A DNA stretch of 63,956 nt, the filler included, from Octopus bimaculoides (taxonomy: Eukaryota), in the NCBI RefSeq assembly GCF_001194135.2. It is 9 parts of 9 records of this genome, joined end to end, with 100 filler letters (N's around TTAATTAATTAA, not from the genome) between each part and the next. Parts side by side here need not be neighbours in the genome. Positions count along the whole stretch, not along the records: positions 1 to 22,409 come from NC_069006.1; positions 22,510 to 30,468 come from NC_068985.1; 7 more parts are not named here. One strand, 5' to 3'. Below the pieces are notes generated by a model. The model was given only the letters and a program-made list of their open reading frames with translations. It made no database searches and was not told the DNA's origin. This document shows positions 13,990 through 25,355 of this stretch, piece by piece. Position numbers and translations under genes: made by a program. The number at the start of each line of letters is the position of its first letter. Position 1 is the stretch's first letter.

Positions 13990-14027
<38 letters not shown>

Positions 14028-14286
14028 TGTATATATATATTTATATATACAGACATATATATGCATGTATATATTTATATTTATATATACAGACATACGT
14101 ACGTACATACATGTATATATGTGGATATTTTTGTGGGTGTGTATACACATATGTACACTCAAATCTACACCCAATTACACCTGCATAAAGTCACACAAGA
14201 GAGAATGAATGATACAAATATGTTGCCGAAATATATATATGTTCGCGTATGCATTTATGTGTGTATGCATGTATTTGAGTGTGTGC

Positions 14287-14336
<50 letters not shown>
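12260..14336. repeat. (TA)n/(TACA)n microsatellite field with gaps
   Basis: Direct; some unique sequence at ~13360-13580. Confidence 0.8.
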
Positions 14337-14337
<1 letters not shown>

Positions 14338-14773
14338 CATTGTACACGCGATACACATCTAATTTATTGTGATATCTTCTACAACATTGCTACGAGTGTC
14401 AATCACAACACCTTACTCTCCTCTTCCCCGCCTTATTCTCCTATCTCTCTTCAATACATCCTCAACAGCACCAGTTCTGACTTTAAGCAGTTTGAAGAGC
14501 TTTAATAAATGATTCTTTCACCACATACCTTTCAATCATTTATTCCTACATACAACTATTCGTTCATTCCCATTCCTCTATTCTTTCTTTCATTTCATTT
14601 GTTTATTCATGCATTCATCAATTCGTTTATACGTTTATTCGTTCTTTCTTTCCCTTTAAGAAAATCTAGTTTTGTCTTGTACCGTGTGCAGCAGAAGAAT
14701 CTTCCACGTTTTTCGTTGAAATTGCTGTAATGCTGTTAGAGTTAAAGAAATAACAGCGATGCCTTAGTGTATT

Positions 14774-14964
14774 CTTTTACTCTTTTACTTGTTTCAGTCA
14801 TTTGACTGCGGCCATGCTGGAGCACCGCCTTTAGTCGAGCAAATCGACCCCAGGACATTCTTTGTGAGAGTAGTACTTATTCTATCGGTATCTTTTGCCG
14901 AACCGCTAAGTTACGGGGACGTAAACACACCAGCATCGGTTGTCAAGCGATGTTGGGAGGACAA

Positions 14965-14995
<31 letters not shown>

Positions 14996-15007
14996 TACAT
15001 ACATACA

Positions 15008-15038
<31 letters not shown>

Positions 15039-15204
15039 TCGACGGGTTTCTTTCAGTTTCCGTCTANNNNNNNNNNCTCACAAGGCTTTGGTCGGCCCGA
15101 GGCTATAGTAGTAGACATTTGCCCAAGGTGTCACGCAGTGGGACTGAACCCGGAACCATGTGGTTGGTAAGCAAGCTACTTACCACACAGCCACTCCTGC
15201 GCCT
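14774..15204 (-). mobile_element. SINE-A, near full-length, internal (CA)n(CATA)n
   Basis: Head aggcgcaggagtggctgtgtggtaa...gggttcagtcccac on minus; tail ...gcagtcaaatgactgaaacaagtaaaagag. Confidence 0.92.
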
Positions 15205-15543
15205 ATAGAGTAGCTGACGTTATATGATTTTTTTTTTATTTAACGCAATATTTTCTTTTAATTATGTATATTCTGCATTTTCTTTTGAAAAAAGATTCAA
15301 AAATGATGAGTCTAGGACGATTTTTGCGGCACCCTGAATAAATTTATACTGAAGGCAATTTACATCACCATCTCCCCTTTCACCCTCACCAACTGACACT
15401 GGAGTGCCTTCAGTCTGCGAAGTCCACCCATTTACACTCTTTCATGATAGGTCTGTCCTCTGTAAGAGTAACGCGTTCCCGACCAAGCTCGAAGATCCCC
15501 CAAGAAGAATCATTGGATTTTTATCGATCTTTGGAATAAAAAA

Positions 15544-15793
15544 GTTGTTGGCACTCCGTCGCTTACGACGTCAAGGGTTCCAGTTGATCCGATCAACGAA
15601 ACTGCCTGCTCGTGAAATTAACGTGCAAGTGGTTGAGAACTCCACAGACACGTGTACCCTTAACGTAGTTCTCGGGGATATTCAGCGTGACACAGTGTGA
15701 CAAGGTTGACCCTTTGAATTACAGGCACAACAGAAATAGGAAATGAGAGTGAGAGAAAGTTGTGGTGAAAGAGTACAGCAGGGTCCGCCACCA
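15544..15793 (-). mobile_element. SINE-C 3' part (head in gap)
   Basis: Aligns to 2067-2315. Confidence 0.9.
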
Positions 15794-16065
15794 NNNNNNN
15801 NNNNNNNNNNNNNNNNNNNNNNNNNNNNNNNNNNNNNNNNNNNNNNNNNNNNNNNNNNNNNNNNNNNNNNNNNNNNNNNNNNNNNNNNNNNNNNNNNNNN
15901 NNNNNNNNNNNNNNNNNNNNNNNNNNNNNNNNNNNNNNNNNNNNNNNNNNNNNNNTCTATAGAGTCATATATCGATATGTATTTAAAATAACTGTATTTT
16001 GTAGGAAGAGGCATGGCTGGACGATTAAGAAAAAGAACAGCACAACATTTGTTATGAATGAATAT

Positions 16066-16115
<50 letters not shown>

Positions 16116-16344
16116 AAGTCACTTATCCATACGTATCTAGTATCGCTGTACTTAGATGGGGTTGGCCTGGTTGGATAGTTAAATGTAGGAGTGGTACATC
16201 CGAATGGGTAACTTGATTGGCAATGGATAAGTGGATTAATTGATTATCTGATGATAGAGTGAGCCATTCTAAGATTCAAGATCTAACATTCTTGTATTAG
16301 GAGAAACAGTGTCGCACATACAAACTAAACCAAGTATCGGAATA

Positions 16345-17095
16345 AATAGAAATATTTTGTATGTATTCTTTTCCGAACATGGAACTGACTTTCTAGCGGT
16401 GTTGTATGCATAAACGTATACGAACATACCACAGCTTCATCAGCAGGAAAATAAATAAATCAAGCAGCATAAATTAAGATATACAGAAATATTTTATATG
16501 TACTTATTTCTTGGATATGAATGTATGTTTCTGGCAATGTTGTGCACTTAAACTTATTCGAATATACGACAGCTTCATCTGTAGGAATAGAAATAAATCA
16601 AGCGACATATATTAAAATATAGAGACACTACGGGCATATGACGTAGTGGTTAAGAGCGCGGGCTACTATCCCCAAGATTCTGAGTTCGATTCCGAGCAGT
16701 GACCTGAACAATAATAAATAATAATAACATCGAAAGATACCTTAGGAATGAGAACCCAGGTTCGAAATTTCCCCAAGACACCTGATGAAGGCTGGAGGGT
16801 ATATCAGCCGAAATGTTGTGTTAACAACAAACAAGATGAAGACAAATATCCGTCAAATGTAAATAATGTACACATATGTATTCTTTTTCTAGACATGGAT
16901 CTATGTTTCAAGCAGTGCATAAAGTTATACGAACATATTGTGGCTTCATCAGCAGGAAAATAAATCGAACAGCGTGTATCAAAAATATGCAGAAATATCT
17001 TGTGTGTACTCTTTTTCTGGACAGGGTTCTTTGTTTCTAGCAATATTGTATGCATAAACGTATCTGAAGACACATTGTCTTCATCAGTAGGAAAA
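16345..17095. repeat. Diverged ~135-bp tandem array (about 4 units) interrupted by SINE-D
   Basis: Anchor gcttcatc(a/t)g at 16437, 16575, 16946, 17081; shared gaaatattt..tgta..ctttttc and tgcataaacgtat motifs. Confidence 0.75.
16632..16875 (+). mobile_element. SINE-D, full-length
   Basis: A-box tgacgtagtgg, B-box gagttcgattcc (16682-93), (AAT)n linker, hammerhead-like motif 16777-16822, tail caaatgtaaataatgtac. Confidence 0.92.
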
Positions 17096-17322
17096 ACATT
17101 GAAGAGAAATAAGAGCGGAACGGATTTTGAAGCACGGTGTTAATGATAGAATGCTTCTTTTTAAACGACTGGAATTTGCCGAGGCCAAGCGAAACCGTAT
17201 AGATGTCTAGAGAAAGGTTGTATAAAATATATCCGTTTTAAGGTATGGACCTTGATTCACTTTCAGCGGTTCATTTCATTTAAGCTACACACACACACAC
17301 ACACACACACACAAACCTTTTA

Positions 17323-17728
17323 TTTGTTTCAGACGCTGGATTGTGGCCATACTGGGGCACTGCCTTGAAGGGTTTAGTCGAACAAAACCGACCCCAGTAT
17401 TTTAATATATATATATTAAAGTCCGGCATTAAGATTATCGCTTCCTTTTGCTGAACCAATAACTTACGGGGACGTAAACAAACCAACACCGGGTATCAAG
17501 CGTTATGGGGACAAACAATGACACATATTACAAACACATACACACACACCTACAGGCGATAGGCTTCTGTACAGTCTCCGTCCGTCGAATTCACTCAGAA
17601 GACATGACATTGCTCAACCCCGGGCTATAGTAGAAGACATTTGGCCAAGGTGTCACGAATGGGGACGGAAACCCCCAAAACAAGGGGTTGAAATGCGAGC
17701 TTCTTAGCCACAGAGCCACACCCGCGGC
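17323..17728 (-). mobile_element. SINE-A copy (diverged)
   Basis: Tail ttgtttcag...taacttacggggacgtaaac and head ctatagtagaagac...ccaaggtgtcac. Confidence 0.8.
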
Positions 17729-17805
17729 TATTGCATAGATATGAAGATTAACCATCCACCCAACCATCCATTCAACAACTCACCACCCACCAGCCATCCA
17801 GCCGA

Positions 17806-18397
17806 ACCAGGCTGTGTGTTGTGTTCTGGAGCAAGACACTTTATTTTCACGCTGCTCCACTTCACTCATCTGTAGAAATGAGTTGCGACGTCACAGGTGC
17901 CAAGCTGTTGTTTGCCCCTTTGCCTTTTCCCTTGGATAACACTGGTGGAGAGGGGAGGCTGATATACATGGGAGACTGCTGGTCTTCCATAAAACAACCT
18001 TACCTGGACCTGTGCTTCAGAGGGCAACTTCCTAGGTCCCATCTCATGAACATCCATAACCAAAAGGGGGATCTTTACCCTTTACCTTATGTATATGTAA
18101 TAGTATGGTGAGGTGAGACTGGAATGTGTGGGTGGGTGACTGCTGGTTTTCCATAAATAACCTTGCTCGGACTTGTGCCTCGGAGGCGAAATTTTTAGGT
18201 GCAATCCCATGGCCATTCATGACCGAAGAGAGTCTTTACCCGTTACCCTATGCACACGCAATGGTGTGGCGAGGGGAGGCTGGCATTCATGAGTGACTGT
18301 CGGTCTTCCACAAACAACCTTGACCAGACTTGTGCCTCGGAAGGGAACTTTCTAGGTGCAGCCACATGGTCATTCATGAATGAAGGGGGATCTTTAC
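17806..18397 (+). mobile_element. SINE-E, 5'-truncated, with three tandem 3' tails
   Basis: Body aligns to 47170-47435; tail unit repeated at ~17941, ~18107, ~18263. Confidence 0.85.
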
Positions 18398-18409
18398 TCG
18401 TTTTTAAAC

Positions 18410-18905
18410 ACACATAAACGTGCACACATACTCTGCGTCCATGCATTCAGAAACACGTACATACGTATACATCAATGAATGCACATTTGCAGAAGAACAA
18501 ACATACATAGACATGCGTATACAAAAATTAACGTAGAAACATATAAACCCATACACACGTATACATATATTTACACAAAGATGTATAGAAACAGACACAC
18601 ACGCACACACACATATATATATATATATATAAACGTACAGTTGTACGTACGCACGTATACATATATGCATGCATACATAAACATGCAGATTGCTGCATAT
18701 ACAGATACTTACGTAAAGACACACACACAGGCATACAAGGCAAAACATACACACACGTACGTGCGTACACAGCAGAGGCCTTATGTACATGAAACACACG
18801 CACGCGCACACGCACAACTGCACACACACACACACACTTTTCCATTTCCTGACATGATTTCTTGCCGAGGCAAAAATCGACCAAAAATTAGTTTTTCTCG
18901 TAATT

Positions 18906-18945
<40 letters not shown>

Positions 18946-19081
18946 ATGTACGTATGTCTGTTTATGTATGCATGTATGTGTTTGTTGGTGTATGTGTATG
19001 TGTGTATGTGTCTGAGTGTGTATATGTGTATGCATGAGTGTGTGTGTGTGTGTAAGATCTACGCAAAGCCTTGTAAGATTT

Positions 19082-19128
<47 letters not shown>

Positions 19129-19355
19129 GTGTGCGTGTGATGCACATCAGGCCTTTGTGTATGTGTGTGTGAGTTTGTGTGGGTGTATACGTGATGCACA
19201 TAAGACATTGCATGTGTATGTGTGTGTGCGTGATATCCGCAAGGCCTTGTACGTGTATATGTATGTGTGTATGTGTGTGTGTGTGTGTAGGCTTATATTC
19301 AAATATGTGTGCGTGTAAGCGTATGTGTGTGTAGGTTTATATTCAAGTATCTGTA

Positions 19356-19397
<42 letters not shown>

Positions 19398-19400
19398 TGT
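18410..19400. repeat. (CA)n then (TG)n microsatellite field
   Basis: Direct. Confidence 0.9.
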
Positions 19401-19689
19401 GGCGGGGTGGATAGCGGTGATTAGTAATACAGGCATTATGGCATTCAACGACAAAATTCACAAAGATGCCAACAACAAAAACAAAAACAAAAAGATAGAA
19501 GAACCGAATACTGCGCCTTTAATTAATTCCAGTTTTGTTGTCGAAGGATTTCTAGATTAAGAGATAAAGATGAAGACGGAGAGCGTGGGTGGATTTTGGC
19601 AAAATAGCATTAAGGAAGAAGAAGAATAAAAGAGAAATGGAGACCGAATTAATAGGATCCCACCGTCGCCACCGTCAACATCAACAAAG

Positions 19690-19720
<31 letters not shown>

Positions 19721-20362
19721 CGCCACCACCACTACCCCCAACTATCTCCCCCACCGTCAACATCATCCTAGCAACCACCGCCATCCCGCCTTCCATTACA
19801 ATTGCCGCCACCCACCCTAAATAGGAAACGAACCATCATCGCCATCATCATCTCTAGAACCGTCGTCGTTATCTTCTCTACGGCATCATTAACAAGTTAG
19901 CGATACGGTTAGTCTCTCTCTCTCTCCNNNNNNNNNNNNNNNNNNNNNNNNNNNNNNNNNNNNNNNNNNNNNNNNNNNNNNNNNNNNNNNNNNNNNNNNN
20001 NNNNNNNNNNNNNNNNNNNNNNNNNNNNNNNNNNNNNNNNNNNNNNNNNNNNNNNNNNNNNNNNNNNNNNNNNNNNNNNNNNNNNNNNNNNNNNNNNNNN
20101 NNNNNNNNNNNNNNNNNNNNNNNNNNNNNNNNNNNNNNNNNNNNNNNNNNNNNNNNNNNNNNNNNNNNNNNNNNNNNNNNNNNNNNNNNNNNNNNNNNNN
20201 NNNNNNNNNNNNNNNNNNNNNNNNNNNNNNNNNNNNNNNNNNNNNNNNNNNNNNNNNNNNNNNNNNNNNNNNNNNNNNNNNNNNNNNNNNNNNNNNNNNN
20301 NNNNNNNNNNNNNNNNNNNNNNNNNNNNNNNNNNNNNNNNNNNNNNNNNNNNNNNNNNNNNN

Positions 20363-20409
<47 letters not shown>

Positions 20410-20413
<4 letters not shown>

Positions 20414-20675
20414 TACTCGGAAATAGATGGGTGGCGTTCAGTCATATAATAATATAAATGATATATGTATACATTATATATACATATATGTACATACATA
20501 TATATATATACCTATGCATATATGGGTACAGGACGGCATAAAACGTGAACAACATGAAATACGAAAACATGGAATATGAACTTATTTTGCGAACAATTTT
20601 GCGAAAGAAACAAATGGAAAACAAGACTAGTGACAAAGAACGACCCTTCAATAGTTGTCGGCTGTTTTAACTATT
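20410..20675 (+). mobile_element. Unclassified repeat, partial copy related to 30165-30458
   Basis: atatatgggtacaggacg...aacaacatgaaatacgaaaac...gttgtcggctg shared; upstream ttactcggaaatagatgggtggcgttca also shared. Confidence 0.7.
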
Positions 20676-20768
20676 CCATTACATTTATATATATATATAT
20701 GTACATGCCTCGGGCCGGCCAAAACCTTGTGCTTGGATTTGATAGACGGAAACTGAAAGAAGCCCGTC

Positions 20769-20799
<31 letters not shown>

Positions 20800-20810
20800 A
20801 TATGAAATAT

Positions 20811-21520
20811 AAGACAAATTACCTATAACAGGCAATTTCTACACGCTAGAAGACAATTAAAAACGACCGAAAATCACAAAGTTAAGACATTTCAAAGGGA
20901 AGAAAAAAATAATAATTTTTACCTTATTTTTAACAGTTAGACCTATAGGTTTCGAAATTTTTTAGTAAATAAAAAAATTTACTAAGCAAATTCTCTTCAG
21001 TAACCAGCCGTCAAAGATTAACGTAAAACTACGAGACAGAAGGTAAAACGCACATGTCTTACAGATATACATTATAATTTTTTCAAAATCCACTGCGCAG
21101 ACGCAGTTTCAGCCGGCAGAAAACGAAAAATGCCGAACGAACTTTGAAATGCTAATATCAAATACTTGAGTATATATAAAAGGGTAGCAAAATCTATACA
21201 GAGTTATGCTACCAGTGGCCTAGCATGTAAAAAAGTCAATAGATAACATATTCAATATTAAGTATTAGAGAAATTACCTACAACAGGCAATTTCTACGCG
21301 CTAGAAGACAATCAAAAACGACCGAAAAACCACAAAGTTAAAACATTTCAAAGGGAAGAAAAAATAAAAACTTTTATCTTGTTTTTAACGGTTAGACCTA
21401 CAGGTTTGGAATTTTTATAGTAAATAAAAAAATTCACTTGGCAAATTCTCTTCAGTAACCAGCCGTCAAAGATTAACGTAAAACTACGAGACAAAAGGCA
21501 AAACGCACATGTCTTACAGA
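20811..21520 (+). repeat. ~455-bp-period direct repeat (about 1.6 units), unclassified
   Basis: aaattacct..aacaggcaatttctac...cacatgtcttacagat at ~20813-21066 and ~21268-21520; inverted relative at 47770-47995. Confidence 0.85.
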
Positions 21521-22004
21521 TTTTCGGGCCATGTTTAAATTTCCGGAGATTCCTGCTAGCCTTTTGAAGCCCACAAAATGGCGACACAACCGGAAGTCGA
21601 TAGCCAAGGGAGATAATTCCCAACTGTTATCTTNNNNNNNNNNNNNNNNNNNNNNNNNNNNNNNNNNNNNNNNNNNNNNNNNNNNNNNNNNNNNNNNNNN
21701 NNNNNNNNNNNNNNNNNNNNNNNNNNNNNNNNNNNNNNNNNNNNNNNNNNNNNNNNNNNNNNNNNNNNNNNNNNNNNNNNNNNNNNNNNNNNNNNNNNNN
21801 NNNNNNNNNNNNNNNNNNNNNNNNNNNNNNNNNNNNNNNNNNNNNNNNNNNNNNNNNNNNNNNNNNNNNNNNNNNNNNNNNNNNNNNNNNNNNNNNNNNN
21901 NNNNNNNNNNNNNNNNNNNNNNNNNNNNNNNNNNNNNNNNNNNNNNNNNNNNNNNNNNNNNNNNNNNNNNNNNNNNNNNNNNNNNNNNNNNNNNNNNNNN
22001 NNNN

Positions 22005-22405
22005 NTACTACTACAACCACCACATCTGCTACTACTATTACTACTACAACCACCACATCTGCTACTACTATTACTACTACAACCACCACATTTGCTACTA
22101 CTATTACTACTACAACCACCACATCTGCTACTACTACTACCACCACCAAAACAATCAGCACTACTACTACTACCACCTGCACAATCAGTGCTACTACTAA
22201 TAGCAGGGTCCTCGATTCTCGTACTCCCACCACCACCACCATTACCACCAAAACAACCACTGACATCGTTCTTCTTCCCCCACCTCCACCGCGACACTAT
22301 GTAACTACCACAACCAACACCACTACCAGCACTGCTGATGCCACAACTACAACCATGGCCACCACCAACACAACCACCACCATCGCTCCCCACCCCCATA
22401 AACAT
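22005..22405. repeat. (ACT/ACC)n tract with 33-bp minisatellite
   Basis: ctactacaaccaccacatctgctactactatta repeated about 4 times. Confidence 0.85.
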
Positions 22406-22509
22406 GACTNNNNNNNNNNNNNNNNNNNNNNNNNNNNNNNNNNNNNNNNNNNNTTAATTAATTAANNNNNNNNNNNNNNNNNNNNNNNNNNNNNNNNNNN
22501 NNNNNNNNN

Positions 22510-23760
22510 GGAAACAGGTTGTTATTTTCCAGGTGCTTATTCAATCTCTGCGATATTATTGCAGTAAAGGCTTTGTAGATCGTAGGGAGATAGGTTATAG
22601 GTCTATAGTTTTGTGGTTTCTCCGTTTCCGTGGATTTGGGAATTAAGATGGTTTTCCCTTTCGTGAGCCATTCAGGCATTGTCTCTCGCTCTGCTAGTAT
22701 GTTGTTAAAGTTTTCTGCCAGCTTTTTGTGCATTCCTGTCAGGTGTTTTAACCAGAAGTTGGGGATCTTGTCGTGCCCAGGTGCCTTCCAGTTGCTTAGT
22801 CTTTGCAGTGTCTGGGTGACCTCTTCAGTTGTTATAGGGGTCCAGAGTTGCTCAGGTGCTAAGTTCGTTGTTTTAATGGCCCTTTTCTGAGGTTGTTGCT
22901 TCACCGACCATATTTGTTTCCAGAATTGTTCCAGTTCTTCTGCTGTTGGTGCTGCAGTAATGTCTATTTTATTTTTGCCCAGTTCTTGGTAGAGTTTTCT
23001 GGGGTTGGATTTGAACTGTTTGTTTTGTTCAAAGAAACGTTGGCGTTTCTCATACCGGCGGATCCTTTGTGCTTTGGCAAGGATATCTTGCTTTAGCTTT
23101 TCTTTTGCCTCAGGTAAGTCTTTTTCTGTAATGTTGTATTTGTACAGTATTTTTGTTTTCTTCTTGTTACTTAGTTGTGTTGATTGTCTACTAATTTCGT
23201 AGAGAATCGATAAATCTTTTCTCCTTCTTTAAAATTTTGTTCTGGATATTATTTNNNNNNNNNNNNNNNNNNNNNNNNNNNNNNNNNNNNNNNNNNNNNN
23301 NNNNNNNNNNNNNNNNNNNNNNNNNNNNNNNNNNNNNNNNNNNNNNNNNNNNNNNNNNNNNNNNNNNNNNNNNNNNNNNNCATATATTATGTCATTTAGC
23401 TCAGTGATATTGCCAGTTGTTTCTGTGGCTGTTAGTTCCGTGACGGCCAGGTTTATGCTATTTATTATTGATGTTGTTTTATTATCTATTTTGATTTTTG
23501 GGAGATATAATCTGTGGTCCATTCTAAGATCTGTGGTTTTCAGTTCTTTGGTTATTCTCATTTTCATAGTATCGTAATTATTAGGTTTCTCTTCGTTATT
23601 CCCATGCTTTAGATTTGTTTTGCCTTCCTTTTCATTCATATGTTTGTCTGTGGTGTTCTGGATTGGTGCTTTTTGTACATTATTATACATCTCTACGGTC
23701 TGGGTTTGTTGTTTTTTGTTTACTTCGTTTTTGCCGGAAATGTTACGTTTGTCCTCTTAT
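22510..23760 (-). mobile_element. R4/Dong-like non-LTR retrotransposon, 5' portion (N-terminal region and RT N-terminus), decayed
   Basis: ORF 22458-22904: NWKAPGHDKIPNFWLK...WLTKGKTILIPK...NYRPITYLPTIYKAFT (RT domains 0-1); upstream ORF 23229-23690. Runs into a gap. Confidence 0.88.
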
Positions 23761-23769
23761 TATTATTAC

Positions 23770-23778
23770 GTTGTCCTC

Positions 23779-23873
<95 letters not shown>

Positions 23874-23885
23874 GTTATTATTATT
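23770..23885. repeat. (AAT)n/(TTA)n microsatellite between two R4/Dong-like segments
   Basis: Direct. Confidence 0.95.
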
Positions 23886-25325
23886 CAGTAGTCTTACGAG
23901 TGTAGCTATGTGTGCCTTGGGTATGTGCTGTGGTTTGTTGTGGTGCTCTTACTTTCACAGTATTGAAAGCGTTTTATATAGGATGTGTGCGGTGCCTGGC
24001 AGTGCTATTGTCTGTATATTATATATACTTGTAAATCCTGGTGTTTTTGTTATGTTTTTAGCTGAATGTTTTTTTTTATCATACCTAATGCGCCTACTAT
24101 AAGAAGAATTGTTTATCTTTTAAGGCTTCACATTTGAGTTATCTCTATTTCCAGAACTTTGTGTTTTGAACGTTTCTCCGTTTCTTTTAGAGAAACATTG
24201 CCATCTGTTGGTATTGATAAATCGATTAGAGAGCATTTTTTCTTGGTGACCACTGACAACTGTATCTGGCCTATTGGCACATCCCAGAGTATAGTTGCTT
24301 GCTCATTATCTGTGATCTTTTTTAGGGTGTGCCTATACATCTTTTTTTCTGTTGTTGTTGTTTCATAGTGTTGGCATAACTTCCAGTGTATATAGGTCCC
24401 AACTCTTTCGTGTCTGTGAATGTATTCCTTCTTAGCCAGGACTGGGCAGCCAGAGACATATTCTGCAGTTACTTGTATTTATTTTCATTACGTGTTTTTG
24501 GTGATTTCTGGTGAGATGGCTTTGATCTTGTGCTGCAATTAAATATATTTCAGTCTCTGTTTTGAGTCCTGAGCTTCTCAACCATTGTTGGGATTTTACT
24601 TTGTTTATTTCTTTTCCCTTTAGCTTAACCCAACATTTACCAAGCAGGGGCTTTTCTTGCCATCGTTCTATCATGATCCGTTGCTGTTCCAGTTTTAGTT
24701 TGGATTTCAGTGGTTTTACAGCTTTTGTTGTTTTTTTGTTTTTCTTCATAGTTGTTAGGTACTATGACTTCTTTATATTTGTTAGCTTCCTTAAAGACAG
24801 AAAACAGTTTTTTGTTTTGTTCGTGTTTTGTGGCTATTTGTATTAATTTTACTTTCTTCTGAAGTAGGTATTTCAGTAGTCTTATGGTGGTTATTTTATA
24901 ATAGTTTTCTAGCTGTATAAGGCCTCTACCACCTTCGATACGTTGTATATGTAACCTTTCTATGTCAGATCTTGGGTGGTGCATCCTAGATGCTGTCATT
25001 ATTTTTCTTATTTTCCTGTTTATTTTGATTAGCTCATTTAGAGTCTATTTAAGAATATTGTATCTGTAACTTATAAATGAGACGGCTAGAGTGTTGATAT
25101 CTATTATCTTGTTTTACGCATTGAGCTATTTTCAGTATCAATTTAACTTGCCTGTGGTATTCCTTTCTTATCTTTTCTTTTAATCTGTGTGTGTTGTATC
25201 CTATCTAGTTTATTGATCCCTAAGTGTTTGTATGTCTGGATTTGGTTTAATTTTCTTACTTCATTTGCTTTATTTAGTGTGATGTTGTTACTCTTAACTA
25301 GTTGCCCTCTTTTCAATGTTGCTTT
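23886..25325 (-). mobile_element. R4/Dong-like non-LTR retrotransposon, 5'-truncated 3' half (RT end, zinc knuckle, restriction-like endonuclease, 3' UTR)
   Basis: Frameshifted motifs KRGQ..YKHLGI; HHPRSDIERLH..GGRGL; WL..GLKTETE..AAQDQ..TRN..CRIC; ILWDVPI..LIDLSIPTD..KETEK; VGALGMIKK..GTAHIL; 3' UTR ends in (AAT)n. Confidence 0.9.
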
Positions 25326-25355
25326 CTTCTTCTTCTTCTTCTTCTTCTTCTTCTA

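Noticed and set aside
12241-14336. Long YI/CV/HT-rich ORFs here and throughout the ORF track
   Set aside because: Dinucleotide and tetranucleotide microsatellites lack stops in some frames; non-coding.
17941-18397. Regularly spaced repeats as a CRISPR-like array
   Set aside because: Eukaryotic context, ~145-bp diverged units without unique spacers, no cas genes; these are SINE tails.
21473-22405. Gly/Ser/Cys-rich 310-aa ORF (SSSRCGGCSSN repeats)
   Set aside because: Translation of a trinucleotide minisatellite plus a long N gap; no splice or expression evidence.
22454-22465. TTAATTAATTAA between N runs, also at 30513, 38844, 48107, 51974, 56374, 58946 and 62443
   Set aside because: Identical 44N+12+44N 100-bp cassette with stops in all six frames; an artificial scaffolding spacer, not biology or a CRISPR-like repeat.
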